Positions 38,422 through 48,147 of a stretch of 58,630 nucleotides of DNA are shown here, piece by piece. How positions within the stretch are numbered: the first letter of the stretch is position 1; each line of letters opens with the position of its first letter. The DNA comes from Nitrospirota bacterium (GTDB lineage: Bacteria; Nitrospirota; Nitrospiria; 2-01-FULL-66-17). The notes under the pieces were generated by a model. That model did no database searches. It saw only the letters and a list, made by a program, of their open reading frames with translations, and was not told the DNA's origin. The position numbers and the translations under genes were made by a program. The stretch lies in assembly GCA_016201825.1 (NCBI GenBank), contig JACQCD010000067.1, positions 1-58,630 on the forward strand, written 5' to 3'.

Positions 38422-38691
38422 ATGAAAACCAGCGAACTCCTCCAGCGTATTGACATTCCCCGGCACAAACTCTACTACCTCGAACAGAAGGGCTACGTGA
38501 GCCCGCAACGAATCCCAATGGGAGATCTTGAAGCTCGGGAGTTTTCCGAGGCCGATGTGCGGCTGGTCCAAGCGATTTGGAAGTATCTCAAACAGGGGTT
38601 TAAGCACAAGGTGGCTTACCAAAAGGCGTTGGGCGAGTCGGACAACCGTCCCTCGGCGAACCACCGGGCACGGCGGAGGAAGGTGGCGTGA
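38422..38691 (+). CDS. Small MerR-like helix-turn-helix protein
   Basis: TSELLQRIDIPRHKLYYLEQKGYVSP.R......REFSEADV...IW.Y...GF; GTGA overlap with pilM. Confidence 0.8.
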   Translation: MKTSELLQRIDIPRHKLYYLEQKGYVSPQRIPMGDLEAREFSEADVRLVQAIWKYLKQGFKHKVAYQKALGESDNRPSANHRARRRKVA

Positions 38692-39710
38692 GGTTCTTCG
38701 GGGCCCGGCGTTCGATCGTTGGGTGCGACTTGGGGCGTGGTGCGGTCAAGCTGGTGCAACTCGCTCAGAAATCGGGTGGGTGGAAAGTGGTCCACGCCCA
38801 ACTTCAAGAGCTCACCCCCGAGTCGCGTGATGACGAGGAATGGCCAAGTCCTCAAGCCATTCAATCCGCCATGCAGGCTCGATGGGTTGCCGATCAGTCC
38901 GTTGCGGTGAGTCTGCAGAGTCGGCCTGCGGTGGTCCGCCACATCGAACTCCCCCCGATCCCGGCTCATGAATTGTCCGAAGCGCTGCGATGGGAAGCCA
39001 AGAAGGTGACGTCTTTAGGGGACGGTGAAGCCATCGTGGACTATCTGGCTGGGGAGCCGTCGGATCGCAAGGTGCCGGTCACCATGGTTGTGGCCGAGCG
39101 GGCCGGGGTCGACAGGGAATTCCAGCAATATCGACGTTCGGGACTCCAGGTTTCCGCCATGGAGATCAACCCTGTTGCGTTCTATCATGCGGTCCACCGG
39201 CTTGGACAGGACCAAACCGGAGCAGGGTGCGTCGCCCTGGTCGATATCGGGGCCGGTCGAATGGACATCAGTATTGCGAAGCACGGGACTCTCCGGTTCT
39301 CCCGGAGTATCTCGTTGGGGGGCAATGCCCTTACGCAGAGCCTCGTGGAGAAATTCGGTGTTGACGTGAGTCAGGCTGATGCCCTGAAGCGAGAACAGGG
39401 GCTATCCGGGAAGGCGAAAGTGCTGGAAGCGCTGGGTCCGGAGGTCGACCGCCTGATCGTTGAAATCCAGCGCTCCATCGATTACTACCGCGCGCAATCA
39501 CACGACGGCGCCCTTGAACGCATGCTGTTGGCGGGAGGGACTCCGTTAATGCCGGGGTTCGTCGAGTATATTTCCTCGTTCTTCGACGCGAAAGTCAGCT
39601 TATTTAACCCCTTCGAAGGGATGGATTGCGGAACCGTTGGGTCGGATCTGGAGCCGGTCGCTCCCCGGTACGCGTCAAGCGTGGGGTTGGCGTTACGAGG
39701 ACGTGCGTGA
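38688..39710 (+). CDS. pilM: Type IV pilus assembly protein PilM
   Basis: VGCDLG...VKLVQL, LVDIGA, GGNALT, EIQRSIDYY, LAGG, NPF, VGLALR. Confidence 0.9.
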   Translation: MRFFGARRSIVGCDLGRGAVKLVQLAQKSGGWKVVHAQLQELTPESRDDEEWPSPQAIQSAMQARWVADQSVAVSLQSRPAVVRHIELPPIPAHELSEALRWEAKKVTSLGDGEAIVDYLAGEPSDRKVPVTMVVAERAGVDREFQQYRRSGLQVSAMEINPVAFYHAVHRLGQDQTGAGCVALVDIGAGRMDISIAKHGTLRFSRSISLGGNALTQSLVEKFGVDVSQADALKREQGLSGKAKVLEALGPEVDRLIVEIQRSIDYYRAQSHDGALERMLLAGGTPLMPGFVEYISSFFDAKVSLFNPFEGMDCGTVGSDLEPVAPRYASSVGLALRGRA

Positions 39711-40294
39711 AGAACACGATCAACCTGCTCGACGATCTACTGCGAGACGGCAGGCCTCAGCCCGGCAAATGGTTCCTGTTTGCGGCCGCCGGTGTTGGGA
39801 TCCTTGCACCGTTCCTTGTCTGGGGGCTTCAGGTTTGGGCTGCCGGACGTCTCGATCCGCAGATCGTCCAGATGAGATCCACTCGCGACCACCTTACGCA
39901 GGAGGTGGCGCAGCGCCGGCAGGTCCTTCAAGAGAGCGATGCGCGGCAGGCGCGCCTCACGGAAGAACGGATTCAGACCGCCGGCATCCCCTGGTCGGAA
40001 GTCTTACGCGAATTAAGCCTCGTTGTTCCGGATGGTGTGTGGCTGACCCAGTTCGAAGAGATCGCCCCGCAGGAGAACACGACAGACATCGCCGTTCGAA
40101 TTCAGGGAGTGGCGGCATCTCAGGGAGGAGTGGCCGAGTTGCTCGTACGCCTCGAGACAGCACATCACCTTGCCCAGCCGCAACTCGTCTATTCTCAACG
40201 AAACAGTGGTGTGTCCGGTCGCCTGAACTTTGAGGTCCACTGCATCATCGTGCGGGCCTCATTCTCTGACCAACCACAGCCGGGACCAGGGTAA
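39707..40294 (+). CDS. pilN: PilN-like protein
   Basis: INLL N-terminal motif, TM, WSEVLRELS..VPDGVWLT. Confidence 0.85.
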   Translation: MKNTINLLDDLLRDGRPQPGKWFLFAAAGVGILAPFLVWGLQVWAAGRLDPQIVQMRSTRDHLTQEVAQRRQVLQESDARQARLTEERIQTAGIPWSEVLRELSLVVPDGVWLTQFEEIAPQENTTDIAVRIQGVAASQGGVAELLVRLETAHHLAQPQLVYSQRNSGVSGRLNFEVHCIIVRASFSDQPQPGPG

Positions 40295-40875
40295 TGGAGT
40301 GGCCGTGGCTCATCCGAGTCTCCTCGTGGCGTCCCAGTCGCCGCGAGCAGTTGGTGGTGGCACTGGCGGTTGCAGCCGGCATCGTGTTCTTGGGGTTGTT
40401 ACTCGATGTGCCGTCGGTCAAACGAGTCAAAACGCTTGAAACCGAGCGACGTGCCCTGGAAAGAGAGATCGCGACGCTGCAAAGCGAACTCAGCCGATCC
40501 GGTGTTCAAGGCGATGTGACGAGTCCAACGGAACTTCATAGGGACACGGCGAACGAGGACATCCGTTTCTCTACCCTTCTCAGCGATCTGGCGGCGCTCG
40601 CTGAACGGAGTGCCGTCGATTTTATCGCGGTGCGACCGATCGCTGTCCCAGGAAAGACCGGCGCTCTTGAGGTTGAACTGAATGCCCCCTTTCGAGTGCT
40701 TGGCGCCTATCTCAACGCGTTGGAGCAGTCCCGCTGGAGGCTGACCATTAACAATATTCGCCTCGGGCGAGACTCGGAACACGCCACCCTGGTCTCAGCC
40801 CGGTTTACGGTGGCTAGTCCCACAGTTCTTCTGGGATTGGCGACAGGTGTTTCGGAAAGCCAGCGACGACCGTGA
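40294..40875 (+). CDS. PilO/MshJ-like protein
   Basis: SRREQ plus TM plus coiled coil; F..L..YL.ALE; position in operon. Confidence 0.72.
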   Translation: MEWPWLIRVSSWRPSRREQLVVALAVAAGIVFLGLLLDVPSVKRVKTLETERRALEREIATLQSELSRSGVQGDVTSPTELHRDTANEDIRFSTLLSDLAALAERSAVDFIAVRPIAVPGKTGALEVELNAPFRVLGAYLNALEQSRWRLTINNIRLGRDSEHATLVSARFTVASPTVLLGLATGVSESQRRP

Positions 40876-41267
40876 AGATTGGACTGCATAGAGAGCGCCT
40901 GTATCGGGCCATTTTGGTAGCCACCCTGATAGGGGTGGGCACGTTTGTCCCGGTGTTCCCATTTAATAATAATGAGGTGTTCCCGGCTCCTCCATCAAGC
41001 GACGATCTTGCGCGGTGGGGGAAAGATCCGTTCAATCGTCCACCCGATCCGGTATCTGCTGAGGCTGGTTCCTCCGGTTCCTTCGTGGAGCTACGAGGTG
41101 TGATCGCTGGGCCGACCGGGGTGGTCGCTATTCTCAACCATGACATTGTAAGGGTTGGGGATCGTGTTAATGGAGAGATCGTTGTTGATATTACCCCGAG
41201 TGCCGTTGTGTTGAAACGGGGACAGCAAGTGCGTCGGGTGGTCATTCGTTCGTTCGCCCTCCCGTAA
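40872..41267 (+). CDS. PilP/MshK-like protein
   Basis: WGKDPF, LRGVI......AILN..IV.VGD.V.G. Confidence 0.72.
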   Translation: MKIGLHRERLYRAILVATLIGVGTFVPVFPFNNNEVFPAPPSSDDLARWGKDPFNRPPDPVSAEAGSSGSFVELRGVIAGPTGVVAILNHDIVRVGDRVNGEIVVDITPSAVVLKRGQQVRRVVIRSFALP

Positions 41268-41279
41268 GGAGAGAAGGTT

Positions 41280-42650
41280 ATGGCGCAGCGAGGGTGGTGG
41301 GTCGTCCTCTGTTTTTGGTTGAGCGTGGCCGTATGGAGCATCCCGGTTGGCGCGCAGGATCAAGGACAGATTTCTGTCCAACGAAGTGCTGCCGGGGGCA
41401 ATCGGTATTCGATGGAGTTCCGGGATGCCGAGCTCAAGGATGTGCTCCGGGCAATTGGCCAAGAACGTCGCTTAAATCTGGTCATCAGCGATGAGGTGGC
41501 GGGCAAACTGACCCTCAGTTTTCAAGATGTGGCGCTCCCGGAGGCGCTCGATGCGATATTAAGGATGGGTAACCTGGTTAAAGTCCAAGAAGGACCCATC
41601 ACGCGCATTATAAAGTCTCCATTCAGTGATGGTGAAGGCCAGCTCGTAACCCGAATGCTGTCGATTCAGTTTGCCAGCGCAAAAGATCTCAGCGAATCCG
41701 TCAAGAGCCTGATCAGCAAGAAGGGAAGCGTCACCACTGATTCCCGGACCAACACCCTGATCATCCGCGATTTACCGGAAAGCATCGAGAGAATTTCCCA
41801 ACTTGTCAGGCAGTTGGACTCTAAAACGCCTCAAGTCATGATTGAAGCTCGAATCGTCGAGGCCAATACCAACTTCACTCGTGAACTCGGAGTGCAGTGG
41901 GGCGGACTGCGAACGACTCAGGGCGGCAATCTGCTCACAACCCTCCACGGAGGGGCGACGAAAAAGCTGTCAACGGACACCGTTGCCCAAGCCTTGACCG
42001 GGGGTATCGGTCTCAGCGGGGGGCCATTTGCCGTCAATTTGCCGGCCAACGTCGGACCTGGGCACGGCGGATCATTTGGCATCACCTTCGGAAATCTCGC
42101 TGATACTCTTCGCTTGGACCTCCAGCTTTCAGCTCTGGAAGATACGGGTAAGGGGAAGATTCTGTCGACACCGCGAATTCTGGCGTTAGACAACAAAGAA
42201 GCAAAGATCTCGAGTGGAACGGAAATTCTCATACCCGTGACCTCGATCGTCACTGCCGGGGCAACGACCGGCGGTGGGAGTGCCGCAGGGCAGACCGGTG
42301 TGACCACGATTAACGCCAAACTTGAATTGAGCGTGACGCCTCATGTGACGCCGACCGGAGAAATCGTTCTACACGTTGTTGCAGACAAAAAGGACCCCGA
42401 CTATACTCGGGCAGTTCTGGGTATCCCTCCGCTGACGACACGGACGGCTGAAACCGACCTCTTGGCAAAAAATGGTGAGACCGTCGTCATTGGAGGCATC
42501 TATACGAAGAGCGAGCAAGTCGATGAGAGCGGCGTGCCGTTGCTCTCAAAAATCCCGTTCCTTGGATGGCTTTTTAAAACCCGGTCGACGATTGAAAGCC
42601 AGAACGAGCTTCTCATATTTATTACGCCAACGATTCAACAGGGACTATAA
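41280..42650 (+). CDS. pilQ: Type IV pilus secretin
   Basis: Signal peptide, DSRTNTLII, PQVMIEARIVEA, LGVQWG, GETVVIGG, GVPLLSKIPFLGWLF, ELLIFITP. Confidence 0.92.
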   Translation: MAQRGWWVVLCFWLSVAVWSIPVGAQDQGQISVQRSAAGGNRYSMEFRDAELKDVLRAIGQERRLNLVISDEVAGKLTLSFQDVALPEALDAILRMGNLVKVQEGPITRIIKSPFSDGEGQLVTRMLSIQFASAKDLSESVKSLISKKGSVTTDSRTNTLIIRDLPESIERISQLVRQLDSKTPQVMIEARIVEANTNFTRELGVQWGGLRTTQGGNLLTTLHGGATKKLSTDTVAQALTGGIGLSGGPFAVNLPANVGPGHGGSFGITFGNLADTLRLDLQLSALEDTGKGKILSTPRILALDNKEAKISSGTEILIPVTSIVTAGATTGGGSAAGQTGVTTINAKLELSVTPHVTPTGEIVLHVVADKKDPDYTRAVLGIPPLTTRTAETDLLAKNGETVVIGGIYTKSEQVDESGVPLLSKIPFLGWLFKTRSTIESQNELLIFITPTIQQGL

Positions 42651-42739
42651 AAGGGAGTGATTCTCTGGGGTCTTCATACAGGGGCCCGGCGGATTCGTCC
42701 GCACTTGATTCCACGGTCCGAGTTTCCTATGCTCTGGGC

Positions 42740-43087
42740 ATGGACCCATTCGCCACTCCTTCTCCCCGGTCACCGATTGTGGTGCTCATGACTTTTTCCT
42801 CTTCCGAGGAGGCCAGCCGTATTGCTGCAGTGCTCGTCGAGGAGCGTCTTGTCGCCTGCGTGAACCTCGTTCCGGCGGTTCGATCTTTCTTTGTCTGGGA
42901 CAACGCGTTACAAGACGTTCAAGAGGTCCTTGGGGTGGCGAAAACGATCCGTAGTCGGCTTGATGCCGTGGTCTCCCGCGTCAAATCTCTCCATAGCTAT
43001 TCGGTGCCGGAGGTTATTGGCCTGCCTATTCTGGGCGGATCTGAAAGTTATCTCCAGTGGGTCCTAAGCGAGGTCTTTGATGAATGA
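42740..43087 (+). CDS. cutA: Divalent-cation tolerance protein
   Basis: LVEERLVACVN, S.F.W, LHSYSVPEVI, YLQW. Confidence 0.93.
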   Translation: MDPFATPSPRSPIVVLMTFSSSEEASRIAAVLVEERLVACVNLVPAVRSFFVWDNALQDVQEVLGVAKTIRSRLDAVVSRVKSLHSYSVPEVIGLPILGGSESYLQWVLSEVFDE

Positions 43088-43123
43088 AATAAGCATATAA
43101 TTCAATAGTTTATATGTTATTTC

Positions 43124-43152
43124 TTGACAGCCTAGCGACGCTGTGTTAGGCT
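43124..43152 (+). promoter_or_regulatory. Sigma70 promoter upstream of the M23 peptidase, with AT-rich upstream element
   Basis: TTGACA-17 nt-TAGGCT with extended -10 TG; AT-rich 43088-43123 containing a CATATAA/TTATATG dyad. Confidence 0.6.
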
Positions 43153-43207
43153 CTGCCCCGACTTTTTCGGGTGTGTAGGTTGTGTAGTTCAGGGGGAGGA
43201 GGACCGT

Positions 43208-44194
43208 ATGGACGACAGGAATCGGGAATCGTACACGGTAATGATCCTGCCGAACCCTACGTCAAAGACCTACCGGTTCAGTGTCAGTAAGAAAAACGTG
43301 AAGATTTTCCTATCGATAGCTTGTGCGGCCGTGATTTTTTTGCTTGTGTTTGTGGTGCAGTATTTCTATATGGTGGGTAATATCTGGGAACTGACGTCGC
43401 TCCGGCAGGAAACCACCGCCCAGAAATCGAAAATAGAGTTCTTTGCCCAGAGCGTAGATGGCTTGAAGCGCCAGATGGAGCGGCTCAAAGAGTTTGACGT
43501 CAAACTAAGGATGATTACGGATCTCAACGTTCCAGCGAACGCGAGCAAGTATCTGGGGGTTGGTGGGGAAACGGACACCGAAGGGCAGGTTCCCGCCTTG
43601 AGCGCGGGCCCTGAGGGTGGTGAGGGTGGTACAGAAGTGCCGGTCGAGGCGCCCGATGTCTTGGGAACGCCACCGAACCATCAAGAGGCGCTGGTGAGAA
43701 GTCTTGAGGAGGACCTCAGCACTCTCCAGATCAATGTTGTCCGGCAGGAACAAAGCTACCAAGAGTTGACTCAGGCCATCGAGCACCGCCGTAACCGATG
43801 GGCGTCCACTCCATCAATCTGGCCAGTAAAAGGGTGGATGACGTCGGGATTCGGGCGTCGGATTTCGCCGTTCACGGGTGAACCGGCCATGCACCGTGGT
43901 GTTGATATTTCGGTGCCAGAGAACACACCCATGGTTGCGTCGGCCAATGGCGTTGTCATTCGTGCAGGTTGGGACGGAGGGTTGGGGAACGCGATCAAGA
44001 TCGACCACGGGTTTGGCTATGCCACGACGTACGGTCATCTGGCAAAAATTCAGGTACGAGTTGGCCAGCGTGTCAAACGAGGACAAGTCATCGGCTTGGT
44101 CGGGAACACCGGTTTGAGCACGGGCCCGCATTTGCACTATGAAGTCGTCGTCAATTTGACCCCTACAAATCCCCTTCGGTACATTTTAAATTAG
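43208..44194 (+). CDS. M23 family peptidoglycan metalloendopeptidase
   Basis: TM, coiled coil, HRGVD and TGPHLHYEV zinc motifs; GGAGGAGG SD. Confidence 0.93.
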   Translation: MDDRNRESYTVMILPNPTSKTYRFSVSKKNVKIFLSIACAAVIFLLVFVVQYFYMVGNIWELTSLRQETTAQKSKIEFFAQSVDGLKRQMERLKEFDVKLRMITDLNVPANASKYLGVGGETDTEGQVPALSAGPEGGEGGTEVPVEAPDVLGTPPNHQEALVRSLEEDLSTLQINVVRQEQSYQELTQAIEHRRNRWASTPSIWPVKGWMTSGFGRRISPFTGEPAMHRGVDISVPENTPMVASANGVVIRAGWDGGLGNAIKIDHGFGYATTYGHLAKIQVRVGQRVKRGQVIGLVGNTGLSTGPHLHYEVVVNLTPTNPLRYILN

Positions 44195-44214
44195 CACGGC
44201 CGGTGTTCCCGATG

Positions 44215-44260
44215 AACACGGACCCCCAGCGGCCAGTCGGCCGCTGGGGGTCCGTGTTTT
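44215..44260 (+). terminator. Intrinsic terminator after the M23 gene
   Basis: 20-bp perfect stem AACACGGACCCCCAGCGGCC-AGTC-GGCCGCTGGGGGTCCGTGTT, ending in TTTT. Confidence 0.85.
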
Positions 44261-44335
44261 AGGGGATGGCGTCGCCTGTGATCCGGTGTGATATGTTGTG
44301 ATATAATATCGGCGCTATCATAAGAAGGGGTATCT

Positions 44336-46966
44336 ATGATCGGTATCATTAGGAAGATTGTTGGAAGCAAAAATGACCGCGAGTTGAAGAGGTTGGCGCC
44401 CCTTGTCGACCGAATCAATGCGGTGGAATCCTCCGTTCAAGTGGTGCCTGACGAGGCCCTTGTGGGCAAGACCGTCGAGTTTCGTGCTCGGCTTCAGAGC
44501 GGCGAACAGGTGGACGATCTCTTGCCTGAGGCCTTTGCAGTGGTGCGTGAAGCGTCGCGCCGGGTCTTGGGGATGCGCCACTTTGATGTGCAATTAATCG
44601 GCGGGATCGCGCTCCACGAAGGCAAGATCGCCGAGATGAGGACCGGGGAGGGGAAGACCTTAGTGGCCACCCTTCCGGTATACCTCAATGCGTTGAACGG
44701 CAAAGGGGTCCATGTTGTCACCGTCAACGATTATCTCGCCAAGCGAGACAGCCAATGGATGGGAGAGCTGTATCGATTTCTCGGGCTTACGGTGGGGGTG
44801 ATCCAGCACGATCTGGATGACGCCGCGCGACAAGCGGCCTACTCGAGCGACGTCACGTACGGAACCAATAACGAGTTCGGATTCGATTATCTTCGGGACA
44901 ACATGAAATTCGACCCTCGCCAATTTGTCCAGCGCCCACTAGGATTTGCCATCGTCGACGAGGTCGATAGCATTCTGATCGATGAAGCACGGACTCCTCT
45001 GATTATCTCAGGACCGGCTGAAGACTCTACCGAGCTCTACTACAAAATCAACAAGGCGATTCCCTACCTTAAAGCGGACGTCGATTACGCCATCGAAGAG
45101 AAGACGAAAACTGCAGCGCTGACCGAAGAAGGCAACGCGAAAATCGAACGGTTTTTAGGCGTTGAGAATCTATACGATCTCGGCAATATGTCGCTTGTCC
45201 ACCACGTCCATCAGGCATTGAAGGCGCATTCGCTGTATAAGCGAGATGTGGATTATGTGGTCAAGGATGGCGAAGTCCTCATTGTGGACGAGTTTACCGG
45301 TCGTCTCATGCCGGGGCGGCGGTGGAGCGATGGTCTGCACCAGGCGGTTGAAGCGAAGGAAGGGGTGAGGATTGCGAATGAGAATCAGACGCTGGCCACG
45401 ATCACCTTCCAGAACTTTTTCCGAATGTACAAGAAGCTGAGCGGGATGACGGGAACTGCCGATACCGAAGCCGCCGAATTTGCCAAGATTTATAATCTCG
45501 ATGTGATGGTGGTTCCTCCAAATCGCCAGATGGTTCGTGAAGATGCTCCCGACGTTGTGTACCGGACTGAACGGGAGAAGTTTGCGGCGATCGCTGAAGA
45601 AATAGTGGATTGTCACCAGAGGGGCCAGCCGGTCTTGGTGGGAACGATTTCGATTGAGAAATCCGAACGGTTGTCGGCGTTGCTCAAAAAGCAGGGGATT
45701 AAGCATGCGGTGCTCAATGCGAAGTTTCATGAAAAAGAGGCCGAAATCATCGCGCAGGCCGGCCGCAAAGACGCAGTGACCATTGCCACGAACATGGCCG
45801 GCCGCGGGACCGATATTCTGTTGGGAGGTAACCCGGACTTTCTCTTTAAGCAGTGGCTGGCCCGGGAGCCCGATATGGCGGAACCCGGCGCTGAAGTCCA
45901 GAGGCGCGAGGCTCGGGAGCGGTTTAGGGCCGAGTGTGAGGCCGAGAAGCGAGAGGTGATTGCGGCGGGGGGGCTCCACATCATCGGCACCGAGCGGCAC
46001 GAGAGCCGGCGCATCGATAACCAATTACGCGGGCGGGCGGGGCGACAGGGTGATCCCGGGTCGTCCCGGTTCTATCTCTCGCTCGAAGATGATCTCTTGC
46101 GGATCTTCGGGGCCGAACGCATTTCCGGATTGATGCAGCGACTGGGGATGGAGGAAGGGGTTCCGATCGAGCACCGCATGGTCACGCGCGCCATTGAGAC
46201 CGCCCAGAAGAAGGTCGAGGCTCACAACTTCGATATCCGGAAGCAGTTGCTCGAATATGACGATGTGATGAACAAGCAGCGGGAGGTGATCTACGAGCAG
46301 CGCCGACAGGTGCTGAGTGGAGCGCCGTTCGTCGACGACATCAACGGGATGATCGAGGACGTGATCGATTCCCTGGTGGCTCAATATTGCAGTGCGGCCA
46401 GCTATACCGAGGCATGGGACCTGAAAGGGCTGACCGAGGCACTCAACACCCAGTTCTCTTTGACCTTCGAGTCAAACGCCTGGCAGGGCGTTGGGATAGA
46501 CGCCGTCAAAGAAGGCATCCGCCAGGAGGTGCGCCAGGCGTACGAACGGAAGGAAAAGGAATTCGGGTCGACCGTGTTGCGCGAGTTGGAGAAGGCGGTG
46601 ATGCTCCGGGTGATCGATACCCATTGGAAAGATCACCTCTTGACCATGGATTACCTCAAGGAAGGCATCGGGCTTCGAGGATACGGCCAAAAGGATCCGC
46701 TGATCGAGTACAAGCGGGAAGGGTTCGACCTGTTCGCCGGTATGATTGACCGGATGAAATTCGATGCGATCGGACATCTGTTCCGGATCCAGGCCATCCG
46801 ACAAGAACCGGTCGTCCGCCCCTCCCCCCCCCCGATCTTCAGCGTCCCTGGACTGGCCCCCCAGGCGGCTCCGTCGTCCGGGCATCGAGACAAGGAGCGA
46901 ATCGGCCGAAACGACCTTTGCCCCTGCGGCAGCGGGAAGAAATACAAGAAGTGCCACGGCGGCTGA
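44336..46966 (+). CDS. secA: Preprotein translocase ATPase
   Basis: [63 protein letters not shown]. Confidence 0.98.
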   Translation: MIGIIRKIVGSKNDRELKRLAPLVDRINAVESSVQVVPDEALVGKTVEFRARLQSGEQVDDLLPEAFAVVREASRRVLGMRHFDVQLIGGIALHEGKIAEMRTGEGKTLVATLPVYLNALNGKGVHVVTVNDYLAKRDSQWMGELYRFLGLTVGVIQHDLDDAARQAAYSSDVTYGTNNEFGFDYLRDNMKFDPRQFVQRPLGFAIVDEVDSILIDEARTPLIISGPAEDSTELYYKINKAIPYLKADVDYAIEEKTKTAALTEEGNAKIERFLGVENLYDLGNMSLVHHVHQALKAHSLYKRDVDYVVKDGEVLIVDEFTGRLMPGRRWSDGLHQAVEAKEGVRIANENQTLATITFQNFFRMYKKLSGMTGTADTEAAEFAKIYNLDVMVVPPNRQMVREDAPDVVYRTEREKFAAIAEEIVDCHQRGQPVLVGTISIEKSERLSALLKKQGIKHAVLNAKFHEKEAEIIAQAGRKDAVTIATNMAGRGTDILLGGNPDFLFKQWLAREPDMAEPGAEVQRREARERFRAECEAEKREVIAAGGLHIIGTERHESRRIDNQLRGRAGRQGDPGSSRFYLSLEDDLLRIFGAERISGLMQRLGMEEGVPIEHRMVTRAIETAQKKVEAHNFDIRKQLLEYDDVMNKQREVIYEQRRQVLSGAPFVDDINGMIEDVIDSLVAQYCSAASYTEAWDLKGLTEALNTQFSLTFESNAWQGVGIDAVKEGIRQEVRQAYERKEKEFGSTVLRELEKAVMLRVIDTHWKDHLLTMDYLKEGIGLRGYGQKDPLIEYKREGFDLFAGMIDRMKFDAIGHLFRIQAIRQEPVVRPSPPPIFSVPGLAPQAAPSSGHRDKERIGRNDLCPCGSGKKYKKCHGG

Positions 46967-47016
46967 CGGGTTCTCCCTCCTCGAAGGCTGGCGCGAAACC
47001 GCTACCGCGGCTTCAG

Positions 47017-48147
47017 GTGGAGGTTGTCTCGCTTCGCTCCCAACTCCGGGAAAAGGCCAAGCAATTGGCCTTTTTTATTAATACCGGCAAGGCGCTGACC
47101 TCCACCCTCGAACTCGATAAGGTGCTGGACATCATCGTGGAACGGGCCAATCGCTTGATACCCTGTGAGCGCTGGTCTCTGCTGCTTGTTAATGAGGGGG
47201 AAGGCCGACGGGAACTCATCGTCCGGCTGGCCAAAGATGGGCGGCGTGGTTCCGCAAAACCTCGTCCGATTGCCTGGGGGCAGGGCCCGGCGGGTTGGGT
47301 TGCGCAGCAGGCCAAGCCGCTGCTGATCGAGGATCGGCAGATCCCTCTGCCCCCGGCACTCCGAAACTGGAAATGTCCCCGGTCCGGGTTCCGTTCGTTG
47401 CTTGCGGTGCCTATCACGAATAAACGGAAGATCTTGGGGGTGTTGGAGATGATCAACCGGGCGGACGGCCGCCCGTTCGACGCCACCGATCGAGATCTGT
47501 TGCTTCAGCTAATGGGGCAGGCCGCCATCGCGATCGAGCGGTCACAGCTGTACCAACGTATGAACGAACTGACCGTGACCGACGACCTCACGAAGCTCTC
47601 CAACTTCCGTCACTTGAACCAAGCTCTGGACGTCGAGATCCGACGGTGCGTCCGTTATGGGTCCGTGCTCTCCCTGATTTTCTTGGATCTGGATTACTTC
47701 AAAGTGGTGAACGATCGCTACGGCCATCTCATGGGCAGTCGGGTGTTGGTGGAGGTGGCCGAGCTCTTGATCCGGAATCTTCGCGATGTGGATATCATTT
47801 CACGGTACGGCGGCGACGAGTTCGTCGTGGTGTTACCCGAAACGGGTTTGCGCACCACGCAGGTTATTACCAAGCGCTTGCATCGAGCGTTCCACCGCCA
47901 TGAGTTTTTGAGTGAGGAAGGCCTGAAGCTCAGCCTGACGGCCAGTTTCGGTATTGCGGGTTTTCCCGATCACGCGCGCAATAAGAAGGATCTGATCCGC
48001 CTGGCTGACCAAGCGATGTACGAGGCGAAATACGGCGGCCGTGACCGTATTTGTATGGCACGACGTCGGGCGACGAGAGACCAGGGCGGCCAGGTTCGTT
48101 CCCACTCCTTCCCTGTTTCCCCGCTCAAAAGGGCTGTCCAGCCGTAA
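47017..48147 (+). CDS. GAF-GGDEF diguanylate cyclase
   Basis: GAF domain, DLDYFK.VND.YGH, I-site RDVD and intact RYGGDEF. Start codon uncertain. Confidence 0.9.
   Translation: MEVVSLRSQLREKAKQLAFFINTGKALTSTLELDKVLDIIVERANRLIPCERWSLLLVNEGEGRRELIVRLAKDGRRGSAKPRPIAWGQGPAGWVAQQAKPLLIEDRQIPLPPALRNWKCPRSGFRSLLAVPITNKRKILGVLEMINRADGRPFDATDRDLLLQLMGQAAIAIERSQLYQRMNELTVTDDLTKLSNFRHLNQALDVEIRRCVRYGSVLSLIFLDLDYFKVVNDRYGHLMGSRVLVEVAELLIRNLRDVDIISRYGGDEFVVVLPETGLRTTQVITKRLHRAFHRHEFLSEEGLKLSLTASFGIAGFPDHARNKKDLIRLADQAMYEAKYGGRDRICMARRRATRDQGGQVRSHSFPVSPLKRAVQP

Noticed and set aside
46824-46833. C10 run in secA as a phase-variation tract
   Set aside because: It lies in a Pro-rich linker of an essential gene, which also weakens the case for the other poly-C runs.
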